From: Veleropilina oligotropha
Lineage: Eukaryota
NCBI GenBank assembly: GCA_048128005.1
Contig: JBEUKZ010000111.1
Location: forward strand, 124,001-188,000
Direction of reading: 5' to 3'
DNA length: 64,000 nucleotides
Position numbers and translations under genes: made by a program. The notes under the pieces were generated by a model, which worked only from the letters and a program-made list of their open reading frames with translations, was not told the DNA's origin and did no database searches. Numbering within the stretch: position 1 is the first letter of the stretch; every line of letters starts with the position of its first letter. Below are positions 21,888 through 32,810 of the stretch, one piece after another.

Positions 21888-24800
21888 CAGCTGCTGCTCC
21901 CTCGTTTTCGGTTACATTCCAGACACGTTAAGCGCACGTTGTCGCGGATGTGGCCCCTGCGGTTGTCCACACGGTCGACACTGAACTGCTGTGTGTCTTT
22001 GGGCTGGTAGGCCCAGAGCAGCTCTATGTTGCATGCTGCGCATCGGTTGTTTTGGGCTTCTTTGAGCTGCAGGATGTCATCGACCTTGAGGTTAAATCCC
22101 GGGAGATCCTTGGCCTGGTCCTGGCGTTTGTATGCCACAAGCTTTTTCTGGATGGTCTTTCGGAGCTGCTGCTCGGTTTGCGGCGGGGGCCTGTCCTCAG
22201 CACCCTCATCCGGAGGACAGGTTACCCGTTCGAGCTGACGCAGCAGCTCCACCCGGGACACGGCTAGGTAGGCGAGATTACTCCACTGAAGGTAGTCATC
22301 GATGATCCAGACCCTCTGCGGGTCGTGAATCGTAAGACCCTGGCTCGAATGGATGGTGAGAGCATAGCCCAGGCGCCAATCCGTGGTCTGAATAGCCCGC
22401 TCAGCGGCGTCAATGGTGACCTCGACGACGTCGTTCAGAACTAGCTCCTCTCTGTCGCTGGTGCCCGGAATCGTTACCATGATGTTTTGCTTACGGGTGT
22501 CCCTGGGGTGGTACAGGATCGGGACATAGGAGTCTGGGAAGTGCTCCTTGTGCCTCTGGAGCAACAGCTGTTGAGCCCGTTCGCGGACCTTCTGACAGCT
22601 GGTGAGGATTAGGGCGCCTGGCCTCCAGGTGTTGACAAACCGGTCCCATCCAAGGCAGCTGGGGAGCATCCGTCGCATCTCGTCGCACTGGACTTTGTCG
22701 GGCTGGAGACGTCTTTTCAGGGCTTGGAGGGCAGGGTCGCCTTTCGCCCTGTAGTCTACTTCGATCTCCTCATAGTAGTCCGCGGTCCTTCGCAGCCAAT
22801 CGTGCGGCATCTCGCCCGTAATCGGTGGTGGCTGGCCTTGATCGCCACAGCAGATAACCTGCACTTCGTGCTGGCCCAGCCAGTCCAAGAACATCTCGAG
22901 GATGTGCTGCGGAACAGTACAGACCTCGTCCCAGATAATGACGCGGGGGATGAACTTCTGACCCATGCGATCAGGCGTCCAGTCATTCTGACCGCTCCAT
23001 CGGAAGAAACTGTGGTAGGTCTGGGCTTTGACGCCTCTGGTTCGCATCTCTTTAGCGAGGCGGTGGGTTGGTGTGAATACAATGGGATTCCTTGCCCGAA
23101 AGAGCTCTATAGCTCTCGTAGTCTTGCCACAGCCCCCTCCACCGTTGAGGTAACTCAGGCGATGGTGGGTCAGTGTGTCATTGTAGCATGGCGCAGTGCT
23201 CGGCTGGCTGGAATTGGCGGCACAACAATACTCTGGCTTGGGTAGGTATGCGGCATGTTCCTGTGGCATATACAGCTGTTCGCCCTTGTCACGCCACTGG
23301 GCTGGTGCTACTGGCGGAAGGTACGTCTCCCCGATCAGATAGGAGATGCAAGATTGGCTGCGACAGTCGCAGAGTTGGGGGGCAACATACACCGTGACAT
23401 CGTCGAGCTTCTCCAACAAGGCCTTCTTGAGGTAGATGCTGTCAGTGGCTACCCGGACGGCTTCTGCTGCACTGAAACGCTGGACCATGCTCAAGAGGTT
23501 TATGTGGGCATAGGCCAACATGCTGGCCCTCAGGTGGGCGTACTGAGGCTGGGAGCCATCATAGTACGTGAGGATGTGACCGAGGGGCATCTCTGAGGAG
23601 CGCCAACCAGGGTGCCGCTTTGGCGGGTGTCTCTTACGAGGAAGTCGAGCTCCCCCTGGTCGGTCACCAGTCTACGAGTCAATCTTTTGCCATCAGCTTT
23701 GGCGCCTTGGGTGAATTTGCCGATAATGGTGCAGCCCTGGTCACGGTCCAGAGGAAGCCAGACCTCGAGTTGCTTTTTGAAAGCGATGATGGCCTCTCGG
23801 ATCTTGAGGCTTTTTAGCAGTCCAGATTCTACGAGGTAGGTGAGCAGAGGCGTCGGGGCCCATCCATTCTCTGCAAAGTGCTTTCCGAACCAGGCGGGAA
23901 TGACGGGGTGGATGTCTTGTGCGAACTCCCATTCCACGACCTCGGCAAACCCGGTGCCGATATCTTCGGGAAGAGGACCGTTAAATGCGACCCGGGTCAT
24001 GCTGTGGAGTGGGTGTCCGAATCTTTCGAAATAGGGCTTAGCCTCGCCCTTCCCCTGAAAGCTGGCAGGGTAGCAGGCTTTCATGTCGATGCAGCAGATA
24101 TCTCTCGTGTCGTAATTCATGGAATTCCAAAGGCCGCCGTGACCATGCTCTACGCAGGCCTTCTGGATATCATCGAGCAGGCTGGCCGGGGTAGGTTTCC
24201 AGCCGTTGTGCTCCTTAGCCATAATGCTAGCTGCATGGTTCACGCCAAAGGCTCGATCGGCTAGGGACTCGTTTCCCAGCGCTGTACAGGCTTCTTGGAG
24301 TATCTCGTGAGTCTCTTTCGTCCTGTACGTGCGGCCATCCTGAAGCACGAACTGGTTCATGCTGAGCTGTCGGTCTGTACCGCCAAGGAGCCAGACAGCT
24401 AATGGCTCGTTCCGTGTGGCTTGTCGGATAGCTTCCCAGACATCGCCCTCATACAGGTGGACCTCGCGAGACTGCGGAAAGTGTAGGTCTTTGGACCAGG
24501 CGTGGCCGTTGTGGCATATGAGTTCTACTTGTCTGAATGTATGGTTTCCTTGACCGCGGTATTTCCCGCTGTTGTAGAGGTCGGCACCTGCGATGTCTCT
24601 CAAGATGATCGCCCGCTTCAGTATCTTCTCGAGGATGGATATATCATCCACAGTGGCGCCTGTTACATGGACTCGCTCTTCCCACTCCAGTATTTTCTGC
24701 CGCCTTGTCGGGGTGAGTCCGTTTCCTCGCAGGGCACCTTCGAAGTGCTCAACCACTCGTTGGGCAACGCAGTTGAGGTCGCCGTTCTTCATCGGAACCA

Positions 24801-25830
24801 GGTTGGCGGGGTTTGGTTCTCTGAGAGGATAGACGCCGTAGACGACTGCAGTGACCGGGTACGCATTCTCGTAGTAGACTTTGTCGACCCCAGTGATAGC
24901 ACCCGGCTTAGTGTCCTGATAGATCTCAAAGACACCCTGGCCCTTCTTTCTCGCAGCCTTCACCGGGTCAAACTTGTCTTCAACCATCCAGTCACCTTGA
25001 CCCCATTCACGCAAGAACTTTATTCTAAGGACATACTCGCCCTTTGGAAGGGCTGTGAGGAGCTGTGCCGCCCTTGCATCTGTCATACGGGCATCCAGGG
25101 CCAGCCGTCCAGCCACTTCTATCCTCCATGTGGAGAAGGCCGCCGCGTCGCCATCGACCTCAAACTCGTCTTTGGCGTCGCTCAAGAGTTCCACCCATGG
25201 CTCTTTTGCTGGGAGCCTTACTGGGGGAGGGACCTGGTCATCCAGGTCGATGAATCGTTGTCCCTCGGGTGTGGTAAATTGCCCTAGAAGATCCTTCTGG
25301 TAGTCCTGGGCTGTCCGGGGCGTTTTGGAGATGAGAAGATCGGGCCCCTTCCGAGCAATAGCATGGGCAAGGGTCTCTTTCCGAGACCGCTTGACGATTC
25401 GATCCGTGATGGCGCGGAGTGGCTTCAGTCGAATCCCCGGCGTTTTCTCAGCCTGGGATTCGTATTTACGAGCCTGCAGGGCGGCGTCGACCTCGTCCTT
25501 AATCTGCCGCAATTCGCGAGCACGACGGCCTCTTTTGTGGGGGTTCTCCACATCTCCACGTATGGAGGGGAACCTTCCCGTTTTCATCGCCCGCTCGAGT
25601 CTCCTCCGAAACTCCGCAGCACGGACCCCGGCTATTGCCCTGATGAGGTCGTGCTTCTTGAGCTTCGACCGAGCGGGAATCCCATAATCTTTCGCTAGAT
25701 TGCGCAGGTCATCCAGGTTGCTGGGCGGGTATACACTAGGATCCCAGTTCTCTAATATGAAATTTACGCGTGGTAAATTGCAGCCATACGGAGAAACTCT
25801 CTCTCGAAGGGTCGGTTCTTTCGTCCCCAA
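21884..25830 (-). CDS. Multidomain replicase: HeH/Rho-N, OTU-like, compact family-B polymerase palm, SF1 helicase and His-Me/HNH nuclease (frameshift near 23587)
   Basis: PolB-like motifs IDMKACYP (24067-24090), IIGKF (23713-23727) and ATDSIY (23432-23449). SF1 motifs GGGGCGKTT, IIWDEV, GDQGQ, YALTIHSSQGLT and YLAVSR. C-terminal CAAC...DRVDNRRGH...NVRLTCLECN. N-terminal LDDLRNLAKDYGIPARSKLKKHDLIRAI. Confidence 0.85.
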
Positions 25831-26057
25831 TCCCTAACGTTCGTAGTCTGATACCCACAGCCCTTACACAGCGTAAACCGGTTGAAAACGCCCTTCCCGC
25901 ATTTGCTGCAGGGTTTTGTGCCCCGGCCATTTCGCCGTTGCCGAGCCAGGTGGACTTTGCAATACTCGCTCAGACATCTCTTACCACATAGCTCCGTGGA
26001 GCTGATGGTGAGCCATTGACAGGTGTCCGTTCCCCACATATTGATAGCGGATATCAT
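25764..26057 (-). CDS. Small Cys/His-rich zinc-finger protein (possibly the true N-terminus of the replicase)
   Basis: C..C..C..CxxH cluster followed by CxxC..CxxC; overlaps the non-ATG start of the replicase ORF. Confidence 0.7.
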   Translation of the reverse strand: MISAINMWGTDTCQWLTISSTELCGKRCLSEYCKVHLARQRRNGRGTKPCSKCGKGVFNRFTLCKGCGYQTTNVRDWGRKNRPFEREFLRMAAIYHA

Positions 26058-26200
26058 CGCATATACCAGTCTCTAAATAGAGTATGACACTAACACACAA
26101 GAGCCCGGGCCGGCGAGGGTAGTGGGCCGTCCCTACGGGCTCTTACTACATACTACTATATCGGCATGTTAGACGCTGTGTAGTTATACTTGAAATCAAC

Positions 26201-26350
26201 ATGCCGCAGAAAGACGTTCCCATGTTGCGCAGCGCGAAAAGTTCCCGCCGCAAGGCCCCTGCCAAGGCTCCTGCCAAGGCTCCTGCCAAGGCCCCTGCCA
26301 AGACTCCTGCCAAGGCCCCTGCCAAGGCTCCTGCCAAACGTCGTCCCTAG
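26201..26350 (+). CDS. 49-aa basic histone-H1-tail-like peptide with (PAKA)n repeats
   Basis: AAATCAAC-ATG...TAG; translates MPQKDVPMLRSAKSSRRKAPAKAPAKAPAKAPAKTPAKAPAKAPAKRRP; absent from the supplied ORF track because it is short. Confidence 0.6.
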   Translation: MPQKDVPMLRSAKSSRRKAPAKAPAKAPAKAPAKTPAKAPAKAPAKRRP

Positions 26351-26413
26351 TCCCACCCCTGCTGTGTACACGGTGACTTTTTGTAATACAATCTATACCC
26401 TCGGGTCTGAAAG

Positions 26414-26553
26414 GGTGCTGGGAGCCGTATTTTTCCATTCTAAAAGGTATCGTCACCCCCCCTGCTGCTGAGTTGAGATCCATATTAATTCTGAAAAGGC
26501 GCTGGGAGCCTTATTTTCCCATTCTAAAAAGTCTACTGACCCCCCCTGCTGCT
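26414..26553 (-). repeat. Right terminal inverted repeat
   Basis: Ends ...CCCCCCTGCTGCT and is followed by TSD CGCCT. Confidence 0.95.
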
Positions 26554-26558
26554 CGCCT

Positions 26559-26604
26559 TGTAGACGACTGGCAGCAGGGACATCTGGAAATCCTACATGA
26601 GTAA
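26559..26604 (+). pseudogene. C-terminal remainder of the interrupted transposase (...YRL-VDDWQQGHLEILHE*)
   Basis: Removing 10348-26553 plus one TSD copy restores an in-frame YTYRLVDDWQQGHLEILHE-stop. Confidence 0.85.
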
Positions 26605-27174
26605 ATTGCTCCTAGTTTCATATCACTCAGGTAAGTATCACCATTTTACTGTTACTGAATTCATGTTTCTTTTATATATTATATATGTTAATGTCAGTGG
26701 TTGGATGACATTACTCGCATTATTTGGCCTATATATCCTTGTTGGTTAAATAAATTAAAACCTGTTATATAGAATTTCATGCGAATAATATCTCCATCGT
26801 GCTTATCTTTGATTTTGAATTATAATAAATCTGATGACGGTGTTGAATCAATATATGTATTTTCGCAAAATGCGGTACCTTTAAAAGCGTTTAAATTAAA
26901 CAGTTCCTGAAGTTTACCATTGTGTCTGCAAATGCTGCGCTCTAGTATGTAGCAATGGCATTTTATAATCGAACCTAAACTGTCGTACAGTACTTTGTCT
27001 TATGAACGTAGCTTAATACTTATTATGGATAGTTGGCACATTTTCGGTTATTTATGATATTCACTTCGTGCGCTTGTCATAATTTTGTTGGCAATATGTG
27101 GTAGCAGGACTAAAAGCTATAATAAACCACTTGTCCATAAATATGTACGCTAACAAGAAATGCACTACGGGAAA

Positions 27175-27396
27175 AAATGTACTCGCTTCGGCAGTACGCG
27201 TTCAAAGTTTAACATGAACGCTAAGGAAGGAAATGTACTAGCGCTTCGGCAGTACGCATTCAAAGTTTAACATGAATGCTAAGGAAGGAAATGTACCAGC
27301 GCTTCGGCAGTACGCATTCAAAGTTTAACATGAATGCTAAGGAAGGAAATGTACTAGCTTCGGCAGTACGCGTTCAAAGTTTAACATGAACGCTTA
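27175..27396. repeat. 56-58-bp tandem repeat (4 copies), each unit with two hairpins
   Basis: AAATGTAC..GCTTCGGCAGTACGCRTTCAAAGTTTAACATGAAYGCTAAGGAAGG. Confidence 0.9.
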
Positions 27397-27664
27397 AAAA
27401 TGAAGTGTTGGACCCAAATTATGGACCATGGATATATGGCTGACATTTAGGACCTAATGCTCCATGATTATTACATTGTCAATGAAATTGTAACAAACTT
27501 ACTTGTAGTGGATACTATAATAACCGTGTTTGCCAACAATCCGTGAGCAAATAGTGAAGCTATCTGTATTTATCTAGTAGTGTTTGTCATAACAGCACTG
27601 ACTAGTATCTATATAACGCAGATGACCATACGTATATTTGTGATTTAGTTTCCAACTTGTTGTC

Positions 27665-27850
27665 GGCCACCGTGGCAGAACGGGTAAGGCGTAGATCTCT
27701 GGTGTGCAGAGTACTGCGCCCGATCCTCGTCATCGCCGATTTCCCCTGGGCAAGGAAATAAGCCACAATTGCTCCGACTGATCGGATAGATACAATAAAC
27801 CGAGGATCATTTCTAAAGGTGGTCGTAAAATCTCTGATTCAAATCAAAAT
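27665..27850 (+). mobile_element. tRNA-derived SINE (CORE-like)
   Basis: A-box-like GTGGCAGAACGGGTAAGGCG, degenerate B box, and CCCTGGGCAAGGAAAT...ACAATTGCTCC central segment. Confidence 0.6.
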
Positions 27851-29803
27851 CGCATTTGTTAATATATATATATAGGCATGTTTCGTGTGAGTCTAATTCG
27901 CACCGTTATCTATTTGTGTTCAACATTTAAGATGTTAACGTTTGTAAACGACATTTTCTTATATAAACATCATGTACATCCTTAAAGGATGTACAGGCCG
28001 TTTCTCTTTCAATATTATATAAGCAATCTATTACGAGATGTATCTACCACTCATGAAATAATAGTTATGTATTTAGGTTACTATTGTGCTGCATATATCG
28101 CTTATATGCAATGGTAACTACGAGATATGTGTATATTTCTGTTGTATTATCTGTATTTCAATGTACAGACCTACTCGATTACATATTTATTTCCTCTGGT
28201 AACCGATACGATGTACCCATGCATAATACAACCGAATTAGGCGACAATGAGTCGGGTGGTGCCGATGATACCCCCACCTTTGAGTGGACAACACAGATAT
28301 TGTACTCATCCCTTTGGCAGTTGTCATTGGAGCGTTTATCACAATATCTGGGGGACCTACAGCCCGGTTCATATATACTAGTATACTGTATTTAGTTTCA
28401 TGCTGTTAATTTATCTCCAGTCACCCGACTATACGGATTCGATTATATTAATTCACGTATTAATCTATTTTTCTTTTCTTTATTTAGGCTACATTTTATT
28501 CCAGTATGTCGGACAGACTTAATTAAAGTATTTATATGTAAATTTATGTTTCTATATATACGTATTTATTTTCTATGTAATTTCAGTAAAGATTTCAATT
28601 TAGATGTATAGAAGTCGTTTTTATCGTAATATCTTAATTATATATAAGTCAGTGTTCAACATTGTCTTCCGTAATGACAATATAAATATGCCCGTTTATA
28701 TAATGCTATAAAATAAATTATTATCCTGTACCGGTAATTTACGTTCTTTTGATTGGCACGAGTTGCCTTTGGCACGAGTTGTATAGCATTATTTTCAGCA
28801 ACCGAATTTTTTAACGATCCAATTTTTTCATATAACCCTGACATGACGTCATCAAGCTTGCACTTCCTGTAGCAGTCATAAACAGCTAAGATAGTCGACA
28901 AGTGTTTGGTAAGAAATAGTTCTAACTCTATTTTAGCGTATGGGTGAGTGATTAATTATAGTAATATATCTTCCATATGGTGACCGTTTCCATCACGACA
29001 CTTCACCATCGTGTTAATTATGAACTTAGTACGATTTTTATGTGCCATGGGTGTCCCTAATCTAACTATTAAATCCATGGGGACTAGCAACAGGTGAACC
29101 TCGGTCAGTCCAGGCTCACGGGGCGGTCCGGTGTATATACGTTTGTAAAGCCAATACAACTACGTATCCATCACGTGTATCTTATCGCAAGCTGCATTTA
29201 CCTATAGTAGAAATTTGGGGTCGTATAAAGGAAAAGAACCATTTCGAAATCCAACAATGGTGGATTATATCATCGCGTACTGAAGACAAAATGCACACGC
29301 GCATACGAACATACGGATAATCCATCGAGGTACATCGTGAGGTTATTTGAGAATTGCAAACGATTATTGTAAGTAAGCCTACCTTTAAAACACTTAACGC
29401 CAATTAATCTAACTCTTTTTTATGTATTATTTGCATAAACAGATAAAGGTATGCTGGGTTCAGGGCCGTAGCCATGATTTTGTGAAGGGGGTTCGAATAT
29501 ACGTTGCTGAGGGCATAATTGGCCCTAAATACGATTTGGAATAATATATACGCTCAGGGGTGTGTACAGGATTTTGATTAAGGGGCTCAATTTTACAATG
29601 TTGGTATGTGACAAAATAATGAAGTTCCTTTCTTTATAACAATAATAGCACAGCTAGAAAGTAAACATAAAAATGATAATTGAATTTTGTAGCTAGACTA
29701 AATACTTAGAAAGTTGCAACATTTTAAAGATTTAGTAGTCGTGCCGTTTTCGTCTCTTTGTAATAATAGGAAAAGATAACAATCACAATGAGTTTACTAT
29801 TAA

Positions 29804-30090
29804 CGGTGTGCGTGGGGATGGGGGCCCCACGGTGTGCGTGGGGATGGGGGCCCCATGGTGTGCGTGGGGATGGGGGCCCCACGGTATGCGTGGGGATGGG
29901 GGCCCCACGGTGTGCGTGGGGGTGGGGGCCCCACGGTGTGCGTGGGGATGGGGGCCCCACGGTGTGCGTGGGGATTGGGGGCCCCATGGTGTGCGTGGGG
30001 ATGGGGGCCCCACGGTATGCGTGGGGATGGGGGCCCCACGGTGTGCGTGGGGGTGGGGGCCCCACGGTGTGCGTGGGGATGGGGCCCCAC
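29804..30090. repeat. 26-bp GC-rich minisatellite (CCCCACGGTGTGCGTGGGGATGGGGG), about 11 copies
   Basis: Direct reading. Confidence 0.95.
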
Positions 30091-32339
30091 GCTCAAGAAA
30101 ATTTTAGTATTTAAAGCTGTGAAACATCTTCTCCTGCGTTCTGAAGCTGCAAATGCGATAATTTTAGATTACTATCAACGAAGTGCGTGGGGTTGGGGCC
30201 CACGCTCAAGAAAATGGCCGTAGCCAGGGGTTCGAAGGGTTCTTTTGAACCCCCCGTCTTGCCACTGGATTGCGTTTAGTCAAAGTCAATATTTTTTTAC
30301 AGTGGCTCCTTTACAGTTATCAATTGAATATGTATATATATTGAGCGCTGATTAACTTTTCAGTCAAACCAGTTTGACCCAATTCTGACAGTCTTTCAAA
30401 CCTTACACACATCATTTATATTTGGCAAAATGAAGTGCAGTGAAGCCAGAAGCCAGATTCACAAATCCTTTATTAAATGTCTATCATTTAGTTTTAATAA
30501 ATATGCAAATCGTAATATATGGTTGTATTCTGAGAACTTTGCAAAAAAGCAGGGCTCTTTAGCAATGAATGATAATGCACGCTATAGTTGAAAATGATTC
30601 GTTTGGTATTGCTTGGCTCTGTGCCATTCCCATTTACCATCATCCAGGGGTGTGCACATGTAGGTGCGCAAAGCCCCCCCCCCCCCACCTCCCTAAAATT
30701 TTATATAATACACTTATGATCAAAACGGTGTAAAAATGACACACTTAAAACATATTATGCAGTCTCATAATGCAGGAGAAGCTGTTTCAAGCATTAAATA
30801 CTAAAATGTTCTTAATGGGGTCCCATACACATCGTTGATAGTAATGTAGAGTTGAGCCCCGACCCCTTAAATGAAAATCTAGTAGGCTTACACGTACTTC
30901 CTTGTGACATATATAGGTTTATAACAGGATATGGTGATTTTATCAATACGGGCAGAAATGAAGGTGTTTAAAATCTCAGAAAAAGAATTTGCAGTGTCGC
31001 ACTTAATTTTTTATGGTAGACAGGGTAGGCCGTAAAGTGTAAAATGATACATGAGCAGAGCTGATTTCCTCCATTTTTTTATTCGGACGATGATGTTATG
31101 ATGTCATGGTCTACCGGCATGGGTTTTTCCACTCCGTTACCATTTAGAAAACGAAGATTTGTGATGATATGCAAATCAAAATGCCTTTACAATCTCATAG
31201 ACTTGCATCTAATGGTATCTTTACAAATATAGAAGTCAAGAAGTAGTACATCAGTTTTGAATACTTTGAAACATATTGACAAAATGTAACGGAGTGGAAA
31301 AAATTGGTAACGGAATGGAAAAATTGGTAATGGAGTGGAAAAGGAGAACTGGTAAACACTATTTTGCACAACTAAAGTATCCATAATCATATATTATACT
31401 GTACAAGAGTGTTTTACTTAACATAAAATAGAATTATGGTGATAATTTATATTGGGTTGCTCCTTCACTCCACTCCGTTACAAGAAATGGTAAAGGAGTG
31501 GAGGTAAAAGGGTAACGGAGCTGAATATTGTTTCCTGTTTTATGATTGAAGCTATCATTCACTAATTTATCAATGACATTTAAAATATTTGTTCTAAGTT
31601 TCCATGGTAGCTAATGACGGTAACGGAGTGGAGATTAAAAAGTATACTCATCTGATTCATCACATATACTGGAGAATATTTAAGACAAGAGGTTTGACAT
31701 TTCCATGTGCAATGAATGATAGCTTTGGAGTTTACACAAACATTCTTTTTGAATGGACCATATCTCATATTTCCAAGTATTCTTCATGGGAGGAGCCTCT
31801 ATATTGGTGGTAACTGATTGGAGGTAATTTGCTCGGACATCAACAAAAACTTTTTTTTAAATGGAGATTTCTGAATGGGATTTTATGGGTGCAAATATCA
31901 TACTACTAGCAATAATCAATAATAATTTATTTTGTGGGGTAAGCAGCATGGAATACTGCTGACAAATTTGACAAAGAATGTTATCACCCTGATTTCGGAC
32001 ATTGATAAATGTAGGTAAAATCATCATTTAAACATGAAATAATAAAAAAAATGAGACGTAATACACCATTAAGAATTTAATATCAGATAGAAAATGACTC
32101 AGATAATATTTTTTCTGATACCCATCCATTACAAAAGGTCCGGACATGAATTATCCGTATTTCTGCCCGTATTGAGGAAATCACCCATATACATGTACAT
32201 ATGATCGCGCAATTTGACAAGCGTACATGGGCGTTTACAGAGGGACCTACACATATATAAGTAATCGCGCCAAAGGCAGCATCACGAATATTTTGCTCTT
32301 GAAAAAGGTCAAGACATAAAAACAACCGGACCCTGACAA

Positions 32340-32810
32340 CTTTTTTTGATGAATTCCCCAAATTTCTAAGTTATGCAGTGACCCGTAAAGGACGGCTTGT
32401 GATGCTTGGCGACTTTAATATTCATCACGATTGGCATATGAATCATGACTCGTCAAAAATCAACGCGTTGTTTCAAACATACGATCTAATTCAATCTGTT
32501 GACTCGCCAACACACAGCAACCGTCACATCATTGACTGGGTTGTGATCAGAAAACAGGAGGATTGTGTCAAGAACGTTACTGTCTCTGACATCCACCTCT
32601 CTGATGATCATTTGATAACAGTCTCGCTTGATACAACCAGATCTCCAGCACCCAAGGTATCAGTGAAGTGTCGAAACATCAAGCGAATTAACAACACCCA
32701 AGCCTTCAGACATGATCTATCTGATTCTATCCTATGCAAAGAATCAAACTTGACATGCGAAGAGTTCGCTGAATCTGTTCTGTTCTGAAAAACCTCCTTG
32801 ATAAACATGC
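32340..32810 (+). pseudogene. Non-LTR retrotransposon (L2/CR1-like) APE endonuclease fragment
   Basis: MLGDFNIH, QSVDSPTH..IIDWV and SDDHLI motifs. Confidence 0.85.

Larger units (their letters stand above)
10348..26553. mobile_element. Complete Polinton/Maverick-like endogenous DNA virus (~16.2 kb)
   Basis: TIRs at 10348-10486 and 26414-26553; TSD CGCCT at 10343-10347 and 26554-26558; integrase, A32-like ATPase, capsid-like genes and PolB motifs; visibly higher GC than the flanks; compact intronless ORFs. Confidence 0.95.

Noticed and set aside
21950..25698. Numerous + strand ORFs opposite the replicase, and similar antisense ORFs across the virus
   Set aside because: Shadow ORFs of GC-rich coding sequence with no recognisable motifs.
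27175..27200. Functional U6 snRNA gene
   Set aside because: Only the 5' stem-loop-like 19 nt match; the ACAGAGA box and the rest of U6 are absent.
29724..30223. Multiple ORFs over the 26-bp repeat
   Set aside because: Open in all frames because the repeat lacks stops; the period is not a multiple of 3.
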